Source of the DNA: Camelus ferus
Lineage: Eukaryota
Reading direction: 5' to 3'
DNA: 64,000 nt
Assembly: GCF_009834535.1 (NCBI RefSeq)
Contig: NC_045696.1
Coordinates: 53,756,001 to 53,820,000, forward strand
The position numbers were made by a program, and so were the translations under genes. Below the pieces are notes generated by a model. The model was not told the DNA's origin. It did no database searches and saw nothing but the letters and a program-made list of their open reading frames with translations. Positions 25,271 to 37,315 of the stretch are shown piece by piece. Positions within the stretch are counted from its first letter, which is position 1; every line of letters starts with the position of its first letter.

Positions 25271-26833
25271 TTTTATGTTGATAGAAATATATATTATATC
25301 ATAACTTTATGCCATAATACAACAGTAACAGCAATACAAATGACACTATTATTGGACCATTTTTCAAAAAATTCTGTGTTGAGATGTCTTGATTAAAATC
25401 GAAGATGGTAGTGTGATAGAAATGGTCAGGACTCCCAAAATGAGTGATTATGGTAATACACACACAAACAATACTAACACTATTAATAAGTTATGTTGTA
25501 AGTAAATTAATCACCTTATTTGGATGAATACCTTATTAATCTTTATAATATCCATAGAAACTTTAAGAGGAAGAAGCTCTACGAAGGTATTAAATAATTT
25601 GGACAAAACCTCTCAGCATGTCTATGACAAAACTCAAGCCTTCTAACCAAAAATCAACTACTCATCCATTCACTCATTCAATTAGCACTTATTAGGAACG
25701 CATAATATGTCAGGTACAATGCTAGCCACTCTCATGAACAAATCAGACAAGAAAGGTATTTCTAAAATCATATTATGATCCAATCTACCATCACATTTTA
25801 TGGAAGGGAAAAGAAATAAACAAGGTTTGTGTTTTCAACAAACACACAAAAATCCTACAGGTAGTCAGGATGATACCGTAAGGCACCCAAACCCCATCTT
25901 TTCAAGCCAACTATTAGACCCTGATATTAGCTATGTCATTACTGATCAACCACGTGCAACTTTCTACACAATTGATACTTACTTACAGCATCTTAATTAA
26001 GTAACCTATGTCAAAAAATGATATTCCACTACTGCTTCATCTGCTTCCCTTCTTGATCTTTCTTTAGAGGAACAGTTTTCAGATCATTGGCTTAAACTTT
26101 CTCAGAGATGTAAAGAATAGTTTAAAAAAAACAAAAACAAATGTGAGGTCAAAGAAATCTATGGTTTCAGGTTTTAATTGGGTGAGCTAAGAAGGGAAGT
26201 GGGCCAACCCTCCTGGGGGATCCCATCTGTCCTGGTTCTAGTGACCGACTAAGACTGCAGGTTAGACATTCCAGGGAATTGGGATGCATTCTTCACTGGA
26301 GAAATCCCCAACTGCCTGACAAAACCTCAAGCGTTTGACCTTTCCAATCTTACTGCTTTCATTATTTAAAATGAAAAGAGAAAAAGAAAAATGAGAGAGC
26401 CAGCAGAACTATACAAAAATTTGTGTATCAGACTCCATCTTCAGCAGTACCTTAAACCTTTCTGAAATGTGAGCTCAGAATTGTTAACTTTAGGGTGAAA
26501 TTGGACCAGATTGAAATGCCAACTCATATTTCAGAGAGCTGTTATTGTTCTGGGCCTCCAGTGGTGGACTGGAGCCTGAGAGCTTATGTATATGTATGTA
26601 CGTATTACTCCTGTGGGTGGGAGGAGGGCAACTTTTAATATTTCTATAGCTTACTCTGTTCCCAAGGGAAGAAATGAGTTATGCTATTCTTGAAGAAATC
26701 TAGAAGACAGAACACAATTAATAATTTGAAGCTCTAAGAAAATAAGATCGAAAATGTTATATCTGGCAGATTTTATGATTCTGGGATGATAAGATAGTGC
26801 TAAGCAGACTAAACATTATAGTCAAACTCCTAA

Positions 26834-26835
<2 letters not shown>

Positions 26836-26873
<38 letters not shown>
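26836..26873. repeat. (TG)n microsatellite followed by an AT-rich tract
   Basis: Seen directly. Confidence 0.95.
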
Positions 26874-26877
<4 letters not shown>

Positions 26878-27569
26878 TATTTATAACATATAAATGCATA
26901 ATATAATACATAAAATAAAATTTTATCTATTTTTATTTTATATATTACATAATACAAATGTATTCATATTCTATATAATTAATAATATTGATATTATATT
27001 TAATTATATGTGATCAAATATATTTTATAAACTTTAGATAGCCATATATAGATATAGATATAGATATAGATACATCAGTATGAGAATTAAGCTAGAAATA
27101 CTATCTGCTGAATTATCTAAATTCTCCTGTTTCCCTTGGCCATGGAGACCAAACGTCAATTGTCACTTGGAATATTTTTGTTTGCTTAGATACGTCATGG
27201 GGGGAAGAACAAGATCGGCATATTAGAAACTATAATAATTTTCTTTTGTAATACTCCAAATTACGTTTATGAGTCTTGAGAGTTCTAGTACACTGCCCAA
27301 ACAGAAAGAAAGGTGATAGATAAGTTGTTCTTTGAGGGTAGGGATCATTTTTCCATGAAGCATTCTCTGTATAAGTGACTTTGGGAAATGTATACAATTG
27401 ATCAACCAGCCACACAATACCATTTTTTTGAACAATAACAGCAGTATTTTGCCCTGTATTTTAACCTGCTTTTTCTTTTGTTTGGGGAGACATCCTGCAA
27501 ATTCATGAGCCCTAACTTGTGCTAAAATTTCAATTGCTATTTTCTCATACAACTTATGGTCAAAAGATC

Positions 27570-27637
27570 CAGAAGAAGAGGAGGAGGAGGAAGAGGAGGA
27601 GGAGGAGGAGGAAAGTTGATGGGGGAGGAGGAGAGGA
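27570..27637. repeat. (GAA/GGA)n trinucleotide repeat
   Basis: Seen directly; produces the poly-Ser of ORF 27223-27645. Confidence 0.9.
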
Positions 27638-29179
27638 TTATGCAAAGCTAATTTCTAAAAGTTATCTACTCCCACTAAATTAACACCTGTCTTCTATTCT
27701 CCCACCATCCCTAAAACCTCGCACTTCCCTGGGATTGTGTCATTCCCTACTCTGAGGTAACACTCTGTTTTCCATCTGTACCTGTCAAATAATCTAGCCT
27801 CCCAGATATCTGAGTCTCTTCCAATCCTCTCTGTTCTAGCAGATTGCTTCATCCCCACACCCTGGGCTTTCTTACCACCTCTGTCTACTCTCTGCCTCTC
27901 CACTGGACTTCAAAGTTACACATTTCACTGTCTTTCTCCAGTTACAAGCTCCTGCTTTTACCCATCCCCTCTGCTTTTCCTCAGGTTCATTAGATCAGCC
28001 ATTCGATTTCACTGAGACTTCTAGCACCTCTGGCACCTCAATTTTCTTTCTATCAGTTTTCTCCTGATTTCAATTCCTTCCACCACCAGTCTGGATCCAT
28101 CACTTTGAACACTTTATATCACTTGCTCCCACTTTACTTACCCCCCACTTTTTATCTCCGTGTAAACTCCCATCTGTGTACCAATTCTACAAAAACATTT
28201 TCTATTTCTACACCAGAGCTGCTAAGTCCTGCTACGGAAAAGCATACAGTCATACACATATGTGCCACTGGGTGTTTCGGTTTTGAGTAGAAGCTGAACT
28301 TCATTGCCAGTTCTCAGTTGTCCTACATAACCCTGCTTAACATCCTAGTTCATTCTCTAATTTTTTTTTCATAGCTTTTATTCAGCCCAAATCCAACTCT
28401 TACTCTTCTGACTCCCAGCAAATTATCTACAAAACAAATACAAATGAGGTAATATCAATTTGTCTCATTTTCATGTAGAAGTAAGGTGCTGCGGTTTTGA
28501 GGGAAATGATTTGGCCCAGAATTAGGGGAGAGATAAAGAGATGGTTTATGCAGTTCCCAGATCTTCTGCTTCTGGGCTCTTTGAGGTACGAATTGAAGCT
28601 GTTGTGAATTACCAAAGGAGTTACAAGATAGTCACAAGACACTATCACTACTATCACTACTTCCTCTAATGTTACTATGACCGGTATTGCCACTGGTGCT
28701 TGTGCTCCTGTGTCACACACTGCGTTCATATATGCGCCCCCAAATTGTGCAGGGCTTGTATACGAAAAACATTTCATTAGCATTAATATCAAAGCACTTA
28801 GAAAAATGCAAGATGAAGAAAGGACCCAAGAACACAAGGCAAAATTTCAAACAAAAATAGAACTTAGGACATTTGTAAATGCCAGATCTGCCCTAATGTA
28901 AGTAAATCATCATCTTAAATGTTGATGTTTAATTCTTCACTACAAAATCCTCTATGTTTAATACTGTATCTTTCAATACCCATCACCACGTAATCAAAGA
29001 AATGAGTGATCTAAATCAGTTTCAATTACTGACAATGGAAAAATGCATATTTATTCTCACTTAGATTTTAGCCAGGAACTTCAATGTATTAGAAAATATG
29101 TTTAAAACTATGCACCTTCTCCATGACAGGGATGTCCTGAAAATTTCGCTTCTGATTTCAAGCTTAGCGAAAAGCTCTG

Positions 29180-29352
29180 GGCATCTGTAATTGTATTAAC
29201 TCTGGATACCTGGTAGATTCAGATAATAGCAAGCTTAACATGAGCCCAACCACAATGGAGCTATATAAAAAAATGCTAAAGGAAATTTTGGATGCCACCA
29301 CAGAATGGCAGTATTTAGAATGAGGGTATTGATCACCTCACTTTACTCTGCA
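29180..29352 (+). mobile_element. CR1/L3 LINE fragment
   Basis: agcaagcttaacatgagccc...aaaaaatgctaaaggaaattttggatgc...cactttactctgcac resembles the L3 ORF2 3' part. Confidence 0.6.
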
Positions 29353-29357
29353 CAGAA

Positions 29358-29495
29358 TTCACAGTGGTTACAAATTTGAGCTTTGGAGCTAGAAAGTCCT
29401 GTATCAGAATGCCAGCCCTGCCAGTTCCTGGTTCTGTAATACTGTGTGTTTTAAAATCCCTCTGCCTCAGTTTCTTTGTCTATAAAATGGATACA
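29358..29495 (+). mobile_element. MIR SINE
   Basis: cagtggtta...gctttggagctagaa...ctctgcctcagtttctttgtctataaaatgg. Confidence 0.7.
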
Positions 29496-30399
29496 TACCT
29501 GTTGTATGGTTATGTGATATCTCTGACTCTCACTTATTTTTAAAATGAGAGTTACTGTACAGATGAAATAAGACTGAATGTGTGAAGAATCAATGGATGA
29601 AAACTACCAGAGGACATCCTCTCCATGGAGATGTCCCTGCACTGGGCTCTGTGAGCACTGAACACAAATACTGCAGAGGGAATTCCATCCTTGGTCCAAG
29701 CAGCGATCTAATGTTGCCCTCAATACTGAAAGATATCACTGTTATAAATAAGTGATTCAACTCTCATTTTTGAGCTCTGCCTAAAGTGCTTAAAACAGAG
29801 TCTACCTCCTAAAAAATATTTTAAAAATTGTTTCATTTCTCATATAGAGCTCAATAGTAAACTCTGAAATCAGGGAGAGATCAAACAAATATGTATGCTT
29901 TTATTCCAGTGGCTGTTCTGAAAGGAAGATGAAGATGAATTATATCATGTACACGGATAAAAGAATCAGTGAAATGCTATTAATAAATCAAGATTTCAAT
30001 CAAAGACAAATAAAATCTGAAATACTGAAGCTATGCCCTTGGGGTCCATGTCTTGTTATAATGAATTCATTCCAAGCCTTTTTGAAATGAGATCATTCTT
30101 TTAACAAGGTTCTTTTGGTACTTTTTATATGAGATTGAGACACTTCAACCTTATAAATAATTTTATTTAGTGATATGCCACTGTATAACAAGTTTCCTTC
30201 ATGGATTTCCTGAAACTGGATTTTATACTCATCCGCATATAACTAAATTTAAACTCAATAAATCAAAATGCAGTAATAACTCATATAGCTTTAATGATTC
30301 CAGGGGCTTTAATTAGCTTAAATATAACTCTTTTAATTGTCACAAAAAGGAAATTTAAGTGAACTTGAAACATTATTTTGCATTTGATGAAGTATCCAT

Positions 30400-30790
30400 T
30401 TTTTGACGGAACTCACACTGTTGAGAAGGTTATAGTGAAAATGACACACTAATTCATTGCTATTGGCATAATAAGTTGGTCAATTCATACATAAAGAAAA
30501 GTAAAAATATGTAGCAAAAAAGTCACAAGTACTTATATATCATTTGACTCAATAATGTCACTCCTAGGATTTATCTATCCTAAGGAAATACTTCAGCATA
30601 CAAATAAAGATGATTACTGTAGTGTTAATAATAATATTGAAAAAAAGCTAGAAAAAATCTGAGTATTTCATGCTAATAAAGAATTTAAGAAATTACAGCA
30701 TGTTACTACAACCAAATGTATACATAATAAACTAATCAATATTTAGGTAAATGGCAAAATATTTGGTGTGTTAAATGAAACTTACAGAAT
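30400..30790 (+). mobile_element. Very old L1 (L1ME-like) fragment
   Basis: catttgactcaataatgtcactcctaggatttatctatcctaaggaaata motif. Confidence 0.55.
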
Positions 30791-33177
30791 AAGTAATCAT
30801 CTTTTGGCATAAATGAAATATGTGTAGGTATGAAATTTAGAGGGCAGTTTTTTAAAGTTAATTAAATGATTAATTTAGTAAATTAAAAAATTTTTTAATT
30901 AATTGCCACTTCAGTAAAAAGTAATAAAAGAACCCAAAATGACAGAAGATTTAAACTAGGTAGATAAAACTGGCAGGCAGGTGACACAGCTTTTCTTTAC
31001 ATTCACAGCTCTAAATTCTAAGCCTAAGATCCATGATCACATGCCAATCCCTTTACCCTGCCAAGGTCGAACTTCCCTCTGTTTTTTTTTTTTAAGAACA
31101 AAGTGATAATGACCAAGAAAGTTTTTATTATAAAGTTTAAGATTTTAAAGTATTTTGAAAATGAAACTATAATCAAATACTGATTAATAAAAATATTAGT
31201 GGGAGAAGAACAAGCAACAATTTCCAAGGGAAACAAGATTCTCTCCTTCGTGGAATGTTCGCTAATGCCTGCGCATTAAGAAGGAAGTGCTGTTTTCCCC
31301 TGTGGCTCCTAAACTAAGTGAGACAAACTCCTTGCTTACAGTAGTTAATTAGAATTACCTGGTACTGTATATTGACGGATCTTTATTCAGTCCCTTGGTT
31401 CTTAACAAATAAAAAATCCATTTCCCTAGGCTGACCCATTAATTGAAGTCATTCTTTTGGTTTTATTTTGCTTTCTTTTTTTAACCTATGCAATTTTGTC
31501 ACAGTACATTTTAATTTCCCAAATGGCAAAACACTTCAGAATATCTCTAAGGCGCCTGGAACTCAAGATCAGCCACAGAGGTATTACAAGTGTGGCCACA
31601 TGTCCCTCAGAAGTCTATCTAGGCTCTTCTAATTAGCCTTTGGCCACATGACATCTGGCCAACTTCAAGAGATTTAGGGGTGTTAATCCCCTCTGTCAGC
31701 AATTACATTATTAAGATGATTGAGTTTGGAGACTGTAGATAAGTAAGGTAGACTTTCCAAGTAACTCTTTAGGTTACTTTTAAACTTGGGCTATCTGGTG
31801 GATGATGACAGAGTTGAGCTTTTTAGATTTTGTTACTCAACTTTGTTGTATTGCTCCTTCTCCTTAAATCACTTCTTCATTTTCTCCATATGCAAGACAG
31901 TGTCAGAAACATCTGTCGAAGCAACTTGCTCCTAGGAATATTTGATGGGTAATTAAAGAGGGCATTCAACCTTGACGGGCAAGGGTAAAACACGAATACA
32001 GGTGAATTTGCATGCCCCATTATCTTTTCTGATTATTTTCCTACTTCCTTTGTCTACTGTTTGAACTCAGAGATTTGTGATTCCTGATGCAAGCCATCTG
32101 CCATTGACTGCCACAATTGGTGAACTATTTACTGTATTTTATTTTATTTGCAATGGCAAATTATACACTAAATACTAATCTCTCATGCACACAAAACTAA
32201 AAAGCATGACATAAATAACAAAGCCTTTGTACGTCCAAAGAACTTTAGAGATAGAAGTTGATTATTTTGCTTTCTCACTGGAATACAGTCTTGTCTCGAC
32301 CAAATCCCAAATTATTCAGTGTTCTTGCAGTTTCACTGAAACTAAGCCAATATCTGAACTGGGAACACCTTCGTTACTATAAAACTTATAAATAAGTTTT
32401 CTATGGTCCCTAGAAAGGAAGGTACGTTGCTCTTAGTTTATTCCTTCAAAGGAACTTGAAAGAGCTCTGGCTTTTTAAAATTTCAATATTCATTTCCATT
32501 CCTAAAAAAATAGTAATAAATAAGACACTTTCTTGGGAAAGTAAAATAGCGCATTCACTGCAGAGTTATTGACTTGATATGCAATGTATTTCCCATTTAT
32601 TAGTTTAATTTTGTTGTCAGCTCTCCAACTACACGTTATATTTCCCATGGGTTCACATGAGATTTTACTCTCATTTTTTAGCTATTTTATTGCTAGGTAT
32701 TTCCTTCTTATCAGTTAGTTATTTAAAGCTTTCACTACACCCATTTGATCTGAATAAATTCATTGCATATGTGCTTTCTCTTTATAACCAAGCTCAGCTT
32801 TTGCTGGAGTATTTACATCAGATTTTTATACAATATCAAAAAGATCCATAACTTAGGGAATAACCTTGATTTGATTCTTTTGATCTTTTATAGCATGATG
32901 AAGTGAAAGGTAAAAAGAGGGACAACTGTGTGTGATTTTCCTCTAATAGTTACTGTCCTTCTTCAAAGGAATTCTAGAATAAGGATTCTTTAAAAAAAAA
33001 AAAAAAAAGCTGTAAGTCTGCCTCATCATTAACTTAAAAAGTACAATTTATAAGTCACTAGGTTTACTGCTTTTTGTGTAATTTGGAGATATGGACAGCC
33101 AGAAGTTCAGCTTCTGGTGTTAGAAATCTGAAGAATTTCTAAGTCTGCGTTAGAGTCTTTCGTATAATTATAGTAAC

Positions 33178-33501
33178 TTGCTTCAGGATGGTTGCAGATC
33201 ATATTACTGTTCATTCATATTTGGTAACCTACCCTACAGTGCCCCCTTTTTGTGGGAGGATTATACATTCCCATCTTATTGGGGTAACAACTGGGCACAT
33301 GATTTGGTTTTCCCAACTGATGGCAATGTTAGAGACAGAGGCTCCAACAGAGGATACTCCATCAGCTAGAGTATCCTGAGATGAAGATGACATGGAACAG
33401 AATCATAGCAAACCCACGCTAACATGTTGAGTGAGTTGAAACACTGCATGAGAAATTAGGATTCAGGAGACATTTCTTACAGCAGCATAACCTAGTTCCT
33501 C
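33178..33501 (+). mobile_element. MaLR LTR (MLT1I/J-like); last ~12 bp displaced to 34122-34133 by an L1 insertion
   Basis: gtgggaggattatacattcc...gaagatgacatggaacagaa...ttacagcagcataacctag | ataactgataga. Confidence 0.65.
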
Positions 33502-34106
33502 TCTAAGTGGAAAAGATATGTTCATAGCAGCACTATATACAGTAGTTAAGACATGTAAGCAATCTAAATGTCCATCAACAGATGACTGGATAAAGAAGTT
33601 GTGGTATATTTATATAATAGAATACTACTCAGCGATAACAAAGAATAAAATAATGCCATTTGCAGCAATATGGATGGATCTGGAGATCATCATTGTAAGT
33701 GAAGTAAGCCAAAAAGAGAAAGAAAAATATTATATGATATCACTTACATGTGGAGCCTGAAAAAAAAAAAAAAGGAAAGGAAAAAGAGGACAATAATGAA
33801 CTCATCTACAGAACAGAAACAGACTCGCAGACCCAGTGAACAATCTTATGGTTACTAGGGGAAAAGGGGTGGGAAGGGATAAATTTGGGAGTTTGAAATT
33901 TGCAAATGATAACCACTACATATAAAAATAGATAAAAAAACAAATTTCTTCTGTATAGCATAGGGAACTAGATTCAATATCTTGTAATAACCTTTAACTG
34001 AAAAAGAATATGAAAATAAATATAGATATATATACATGACTGGGACATTATGCTGTACACCAGAAACTGACACATTGTAACTAAATGTACTTCAGTTTAA
34101 AAAATA
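33502..34106 (+). mobile_element. Young 5'-truncated L1 (artiodactyl/camelid type) with 15-bp TSD
   Basis: ORF MFIAALYTVVKTCKQSKCPSTDDWIKKLWYIY...WMDLEIII is the L1 ORF2 end; TSD ataacctagttcctc at 33487-33501 and 34107-34121. Confidence 0.95.
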
Positions 34107-34364
34107 ATAACCTAGTTCCTCATAACTGATAGAAATATTAATGCTGGGATGCTTAGAGGAATCAAGTTAAAAGGGAAGCCACTCTCTCACAAATAAATAG
34201 CAAGCATACTACAGAACATGTACAAGAAGCAAGCAACTCAATTGAGTTGGCCTAGGTTAGGTATGGAACTAAGGGACTTACACAAAGGGCTGATAGACCT
34301 GTATTGGTGTTACAGTATTTACATCTTGCTAAGGAATCAAAAGTAACTCAAAGAAAAGGATGCT

Positions 34365-34560
34365 TGACTCACAGATACAGAGAACAAACTAGTATTACAA
34401 ATGGCGTGGGGCACTAGAGGGGTGGGGGAGTGGCAGGTACAAACGACTGGGCATCATAAAGGCTACAAGGATGTATCATACATGGGTATATAGCCAACAT
34501 TTTTAATAACTGTAAATGGAGTGTAACCTTTAAAAAGTATATAATTAAAAAAAATTTTGG
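34365..34560 (+). mobile_element. Short L1 3'UTR end
   Basis: gactcacagatacagagaacaaactagt...aggctacaaggatgtat...taactgtaaatggagtgtaacctttaaaaa. Confidence 0.8.
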
Positions 34561-34582
34561 AACGAAGAAGAAAAAGGAGAGA

Positions 34583-34745
34583 AAGAGGGTATAGCTCAGT
34601 GGTAGAGTGTGTGCTTTGTATGCACAAGTTCCTGGGTTCAATCCCCAATACCTTCATTTAAAAAAAATTAAAATAAAGAAAGAAAAAACTAAACCTAATT
34701 ACCCCTCCCCCAATAAAGAAGGGATGTAAAAAAATAAAAAAGAAA
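34583..34745 (+). mobile_element. tRNA(Ala)-derived SINE (camelid Vic-1-like)
   Basis: Pol III A box tagctcagtgg (34592-34602), B box ggttcaatcc (34635-34644), A-rich linker, aacctaattacccctccccc, then an A-rich tail. Confidence 0.85.
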
Positions 34746-35479
34746 AATAAGGAAATGATGCTCATGTGGTAAAATCTTGAGGTGAAAACAGAGTTCCAGG
34801 GGCTGGGCCAGACTCAAATAATTGGTCCATGAGCTGTGTTTAAGACAGTGACTCTACATGGAGATCCTCTACAGCATTTAGGGAGGGAAAGAAGTTCATA
34901 CCAAGGGAAACAATGCTGAAGACTGGAGGGTAAGGGAGAGGTAATGGGGGATAAATATTTAATCAAGAAGTGAGGATGATTAGAGATAGGGAGAGAATTA
35001 CATTTTGGTTGGCCCAGAGTCAGGGATTCAGTCCAACAGTTACACATTTCAGGAGTATTAGAGCCTGGAAGGTGCTATTAGTGCAGCACAGGGAGGCTTC
35101 TAAAGAACTGCATCGATGTGAGCAACGCTCCCCCTCTTCCACGCCTCTAGAGCTCTGCAGTGCTAAGCTCACTGAGCCAAAAGCTTCCCCAGACCGGCTG
35201 CCTAGGGACACATCTGGTTCCTGAATCCAAAACAATACAACTGATGTTTATATTGTTGACAAAGGCGCATGATGCCTACTGCCTGCAATGTACCCCTGGG
35301 TTAACAGATCACTCTGCCTTAACTGGGAATGCTACTTTCAGTGTCTGCAAGTTTGTGCTGCGAAATTTCCAATGAAGTACATGGGAATAGAACATAAGAC
35401 TGGCCATGACTCTGATTAGAGAGAATTCCAACACAGAAATCCAGTGAGTGAACCAGATTTGGCTACTTCAGTCCTAAAT

Positions 35480-35770
35480 ATCTCCTTCCATCCTCACCAC
35501 AAGCAACCTAAGGAGGTATCATTATGATGCTCAATTTGCAGATGAGGGGATTAAAGCTTCAAGAGGTAAAGTAACTTGCTTGAGACTACATAGCCATGCA
35601 CGAAGCCCTGGGTTCAATCCACAGTACCTCCATTTAAAAATAAGAATTAAAAATAAATAAATAAACATAATTACCTACTCCCCCAAAAGAGACTACATAG
35701 CCAATAATGATGGGGGCAGGTTTTAAATCCAAATGATTCAGCTTTGGAGCCTTGTGCTTTCTAACCACTA
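35480..35770 (-). mobile_element. MIR SINE interrupted by a SINE
   Basis: caatttgcagatgagggga...agaggtaaagtaacttgc...ggcaggttttaaatccaa. Confidence 0.7.
35597..35688 (+). mobile_element. 5'-truncated Vic-1-like SINE with 15-bp TSD
   Basis: gccctgggttcaatccacagtacctcc...taattacctactccccc; TSD gagactacatagcca at 35582-35596 and 35689-35703. Confidence 0.9.
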
Positions 35771-37302
35771 GCTAACTTGCAGTCCATGTTATTGTTTAAA
35801 TCTATTTAGTTACGGATTTCTTTGTGATTCTACAAAAATTGTGGTCAAAATTGGGAAACCTATGTCAGATATGTCTCATGTAGCCCTAACCACCTTAAGG
35901 TTTTCCCCTTCACACATTTTATTTGGCCAAGGGAGATGTGATCAGATTGTGTAACGAAATAAGCAAGAGAACCCCTGCCCAGCACTCAAAATAAGTCAAA
36001 GTATTTTCTTACACTTAATTAAGGGTATATTGGATTTTAGGCTGTATCTCCATGAAAGGAGTTAAGACACAAAAAGACCATCTGAATAACTGGGCAGTGG
36101 GGGAGGAAGGGACGCTATTCTTCTCTTTCCCCTAATTTATCCAGTTAGCTGGCAGCAATTCAGGTGTTGTCCCCGAATAATTTGCAAAAACATGCCCATT
36201 CTTGGCTTTCTGTGGGCTGCAACTGGATTCTATTTGATCCTCACCTCATTAGTCAATGGCAGTACACACCTGGGTCAGCAGTCGGCCGCAGTGTGAGCAG
36301 TCGGGGTGAGTGCCTGGCCCGGTACTACTGATAAGCCTTTTACCAAAGGCAGCTCACACTGAGAGGACAGCACAAGACTCCAACTGGCTACAAAGTGGGT
36401 TTCAGATAAAAACTCTTTGCTCTCCAAAATCTAGCTCAAAGACCAGAGAGTGATCCTGAGGAGGTTAGAGTGAAGTTCCCCTAATTATCAATTACACCAT
36501 ATCTTCCTTCCTCCTCTCTCTAATTTCCTCTCTTAAATTCAACTTTTGAAATGCTAACAGCTGGAATATTCTTGATCAGAAACATAATCAACCAGAGAAT
36601 TTTAAGGGAAAAGAGTAAAAGACAAACTGTCCTAGAGAAGGCTTTATTGTGGGAAATGATCTCTGATGTGTAACCACAGAGGCTAGAGATTACTGGAAAA
36701 GGAAAAATGAAAGATAGTAAGGTAATGAGGATCCTCTACAATTCTACCTGACAGGGAGGCTCTGTTATCTCACAAGCCACACGTGAGGTTTGAAACATGC
36801 CACATAGTGTAAAAAAAAAAAAAAAAAAGAAAAAAGAAAAAGAGTAAATATGCGGAAGAGGCAGACTGATGGGGAGAAAGGGACGAGAAGGGTTTTGCTT
36901 ATTTGTTTTATTTCATTTTTAATCTTTCTCCAGTTTTAACCCTTTGTGATGGGGTGGACAGCTGTGTGTGATCTTCGTAACTGAAGAATAGCTTTATCAT
37001 TCTTAGCAGCGGGAAGCCCCTCTCTGCTGCCTTTTTAAGTTTTTTTTTTTTTTTAAGAGGAGTACGATTATATAATCTTCCAAATAATTCTGGTACTATT
37101 CCCAAATAATTTTGCTAAATTTTCACAGCATGTGTTGATCAATATTGCAGTGTTGCAAGTGGATTGGTTTTCTGGGGTTAGGAACAGGATTCAGAATCTT
37201 TCTCAAGATTCCAGAGAAACACATTTTTCACTTCTCAGAAACTGTTAGTCCCTTTCAGCTATCAGGCCGTTCAGTCTGGGAGAAAAGACTGGCCAGACTG
37301 CC

Positions 37303-37315
37303 CCACTAGGTGGTC
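37303..37315 (+). promoter_or_regulatory. Candidate CTCF core motif
   Basis: CCACTAGGTGGTC versus consensus CCASYAGRKGGC; motif match only. Confidence 0.3.

Noticed and set aside
27223..27645. 140-aa minus-strand ORF with poly-Ser
   Set aside because: The poly-Ser comes from the GGA/GAA repeat; the rest resembles no protein I know and has no clear exon structure.
28677..28905. Possible plus-strand exon ending at a GTAAGT donor (KMQDEERTQEHKAKFQTKIELR...)
   Set aside because: No polypyrimidine acceptor and no recognisable protein.
34585..34653. tRNA-Ala-like sequence
   Set aside because: Degenerate stems, followed by a SINE body and A-rich tail; a truncated relative at 35597 has a TSD. It is a SINE head, not a tRNA gene.
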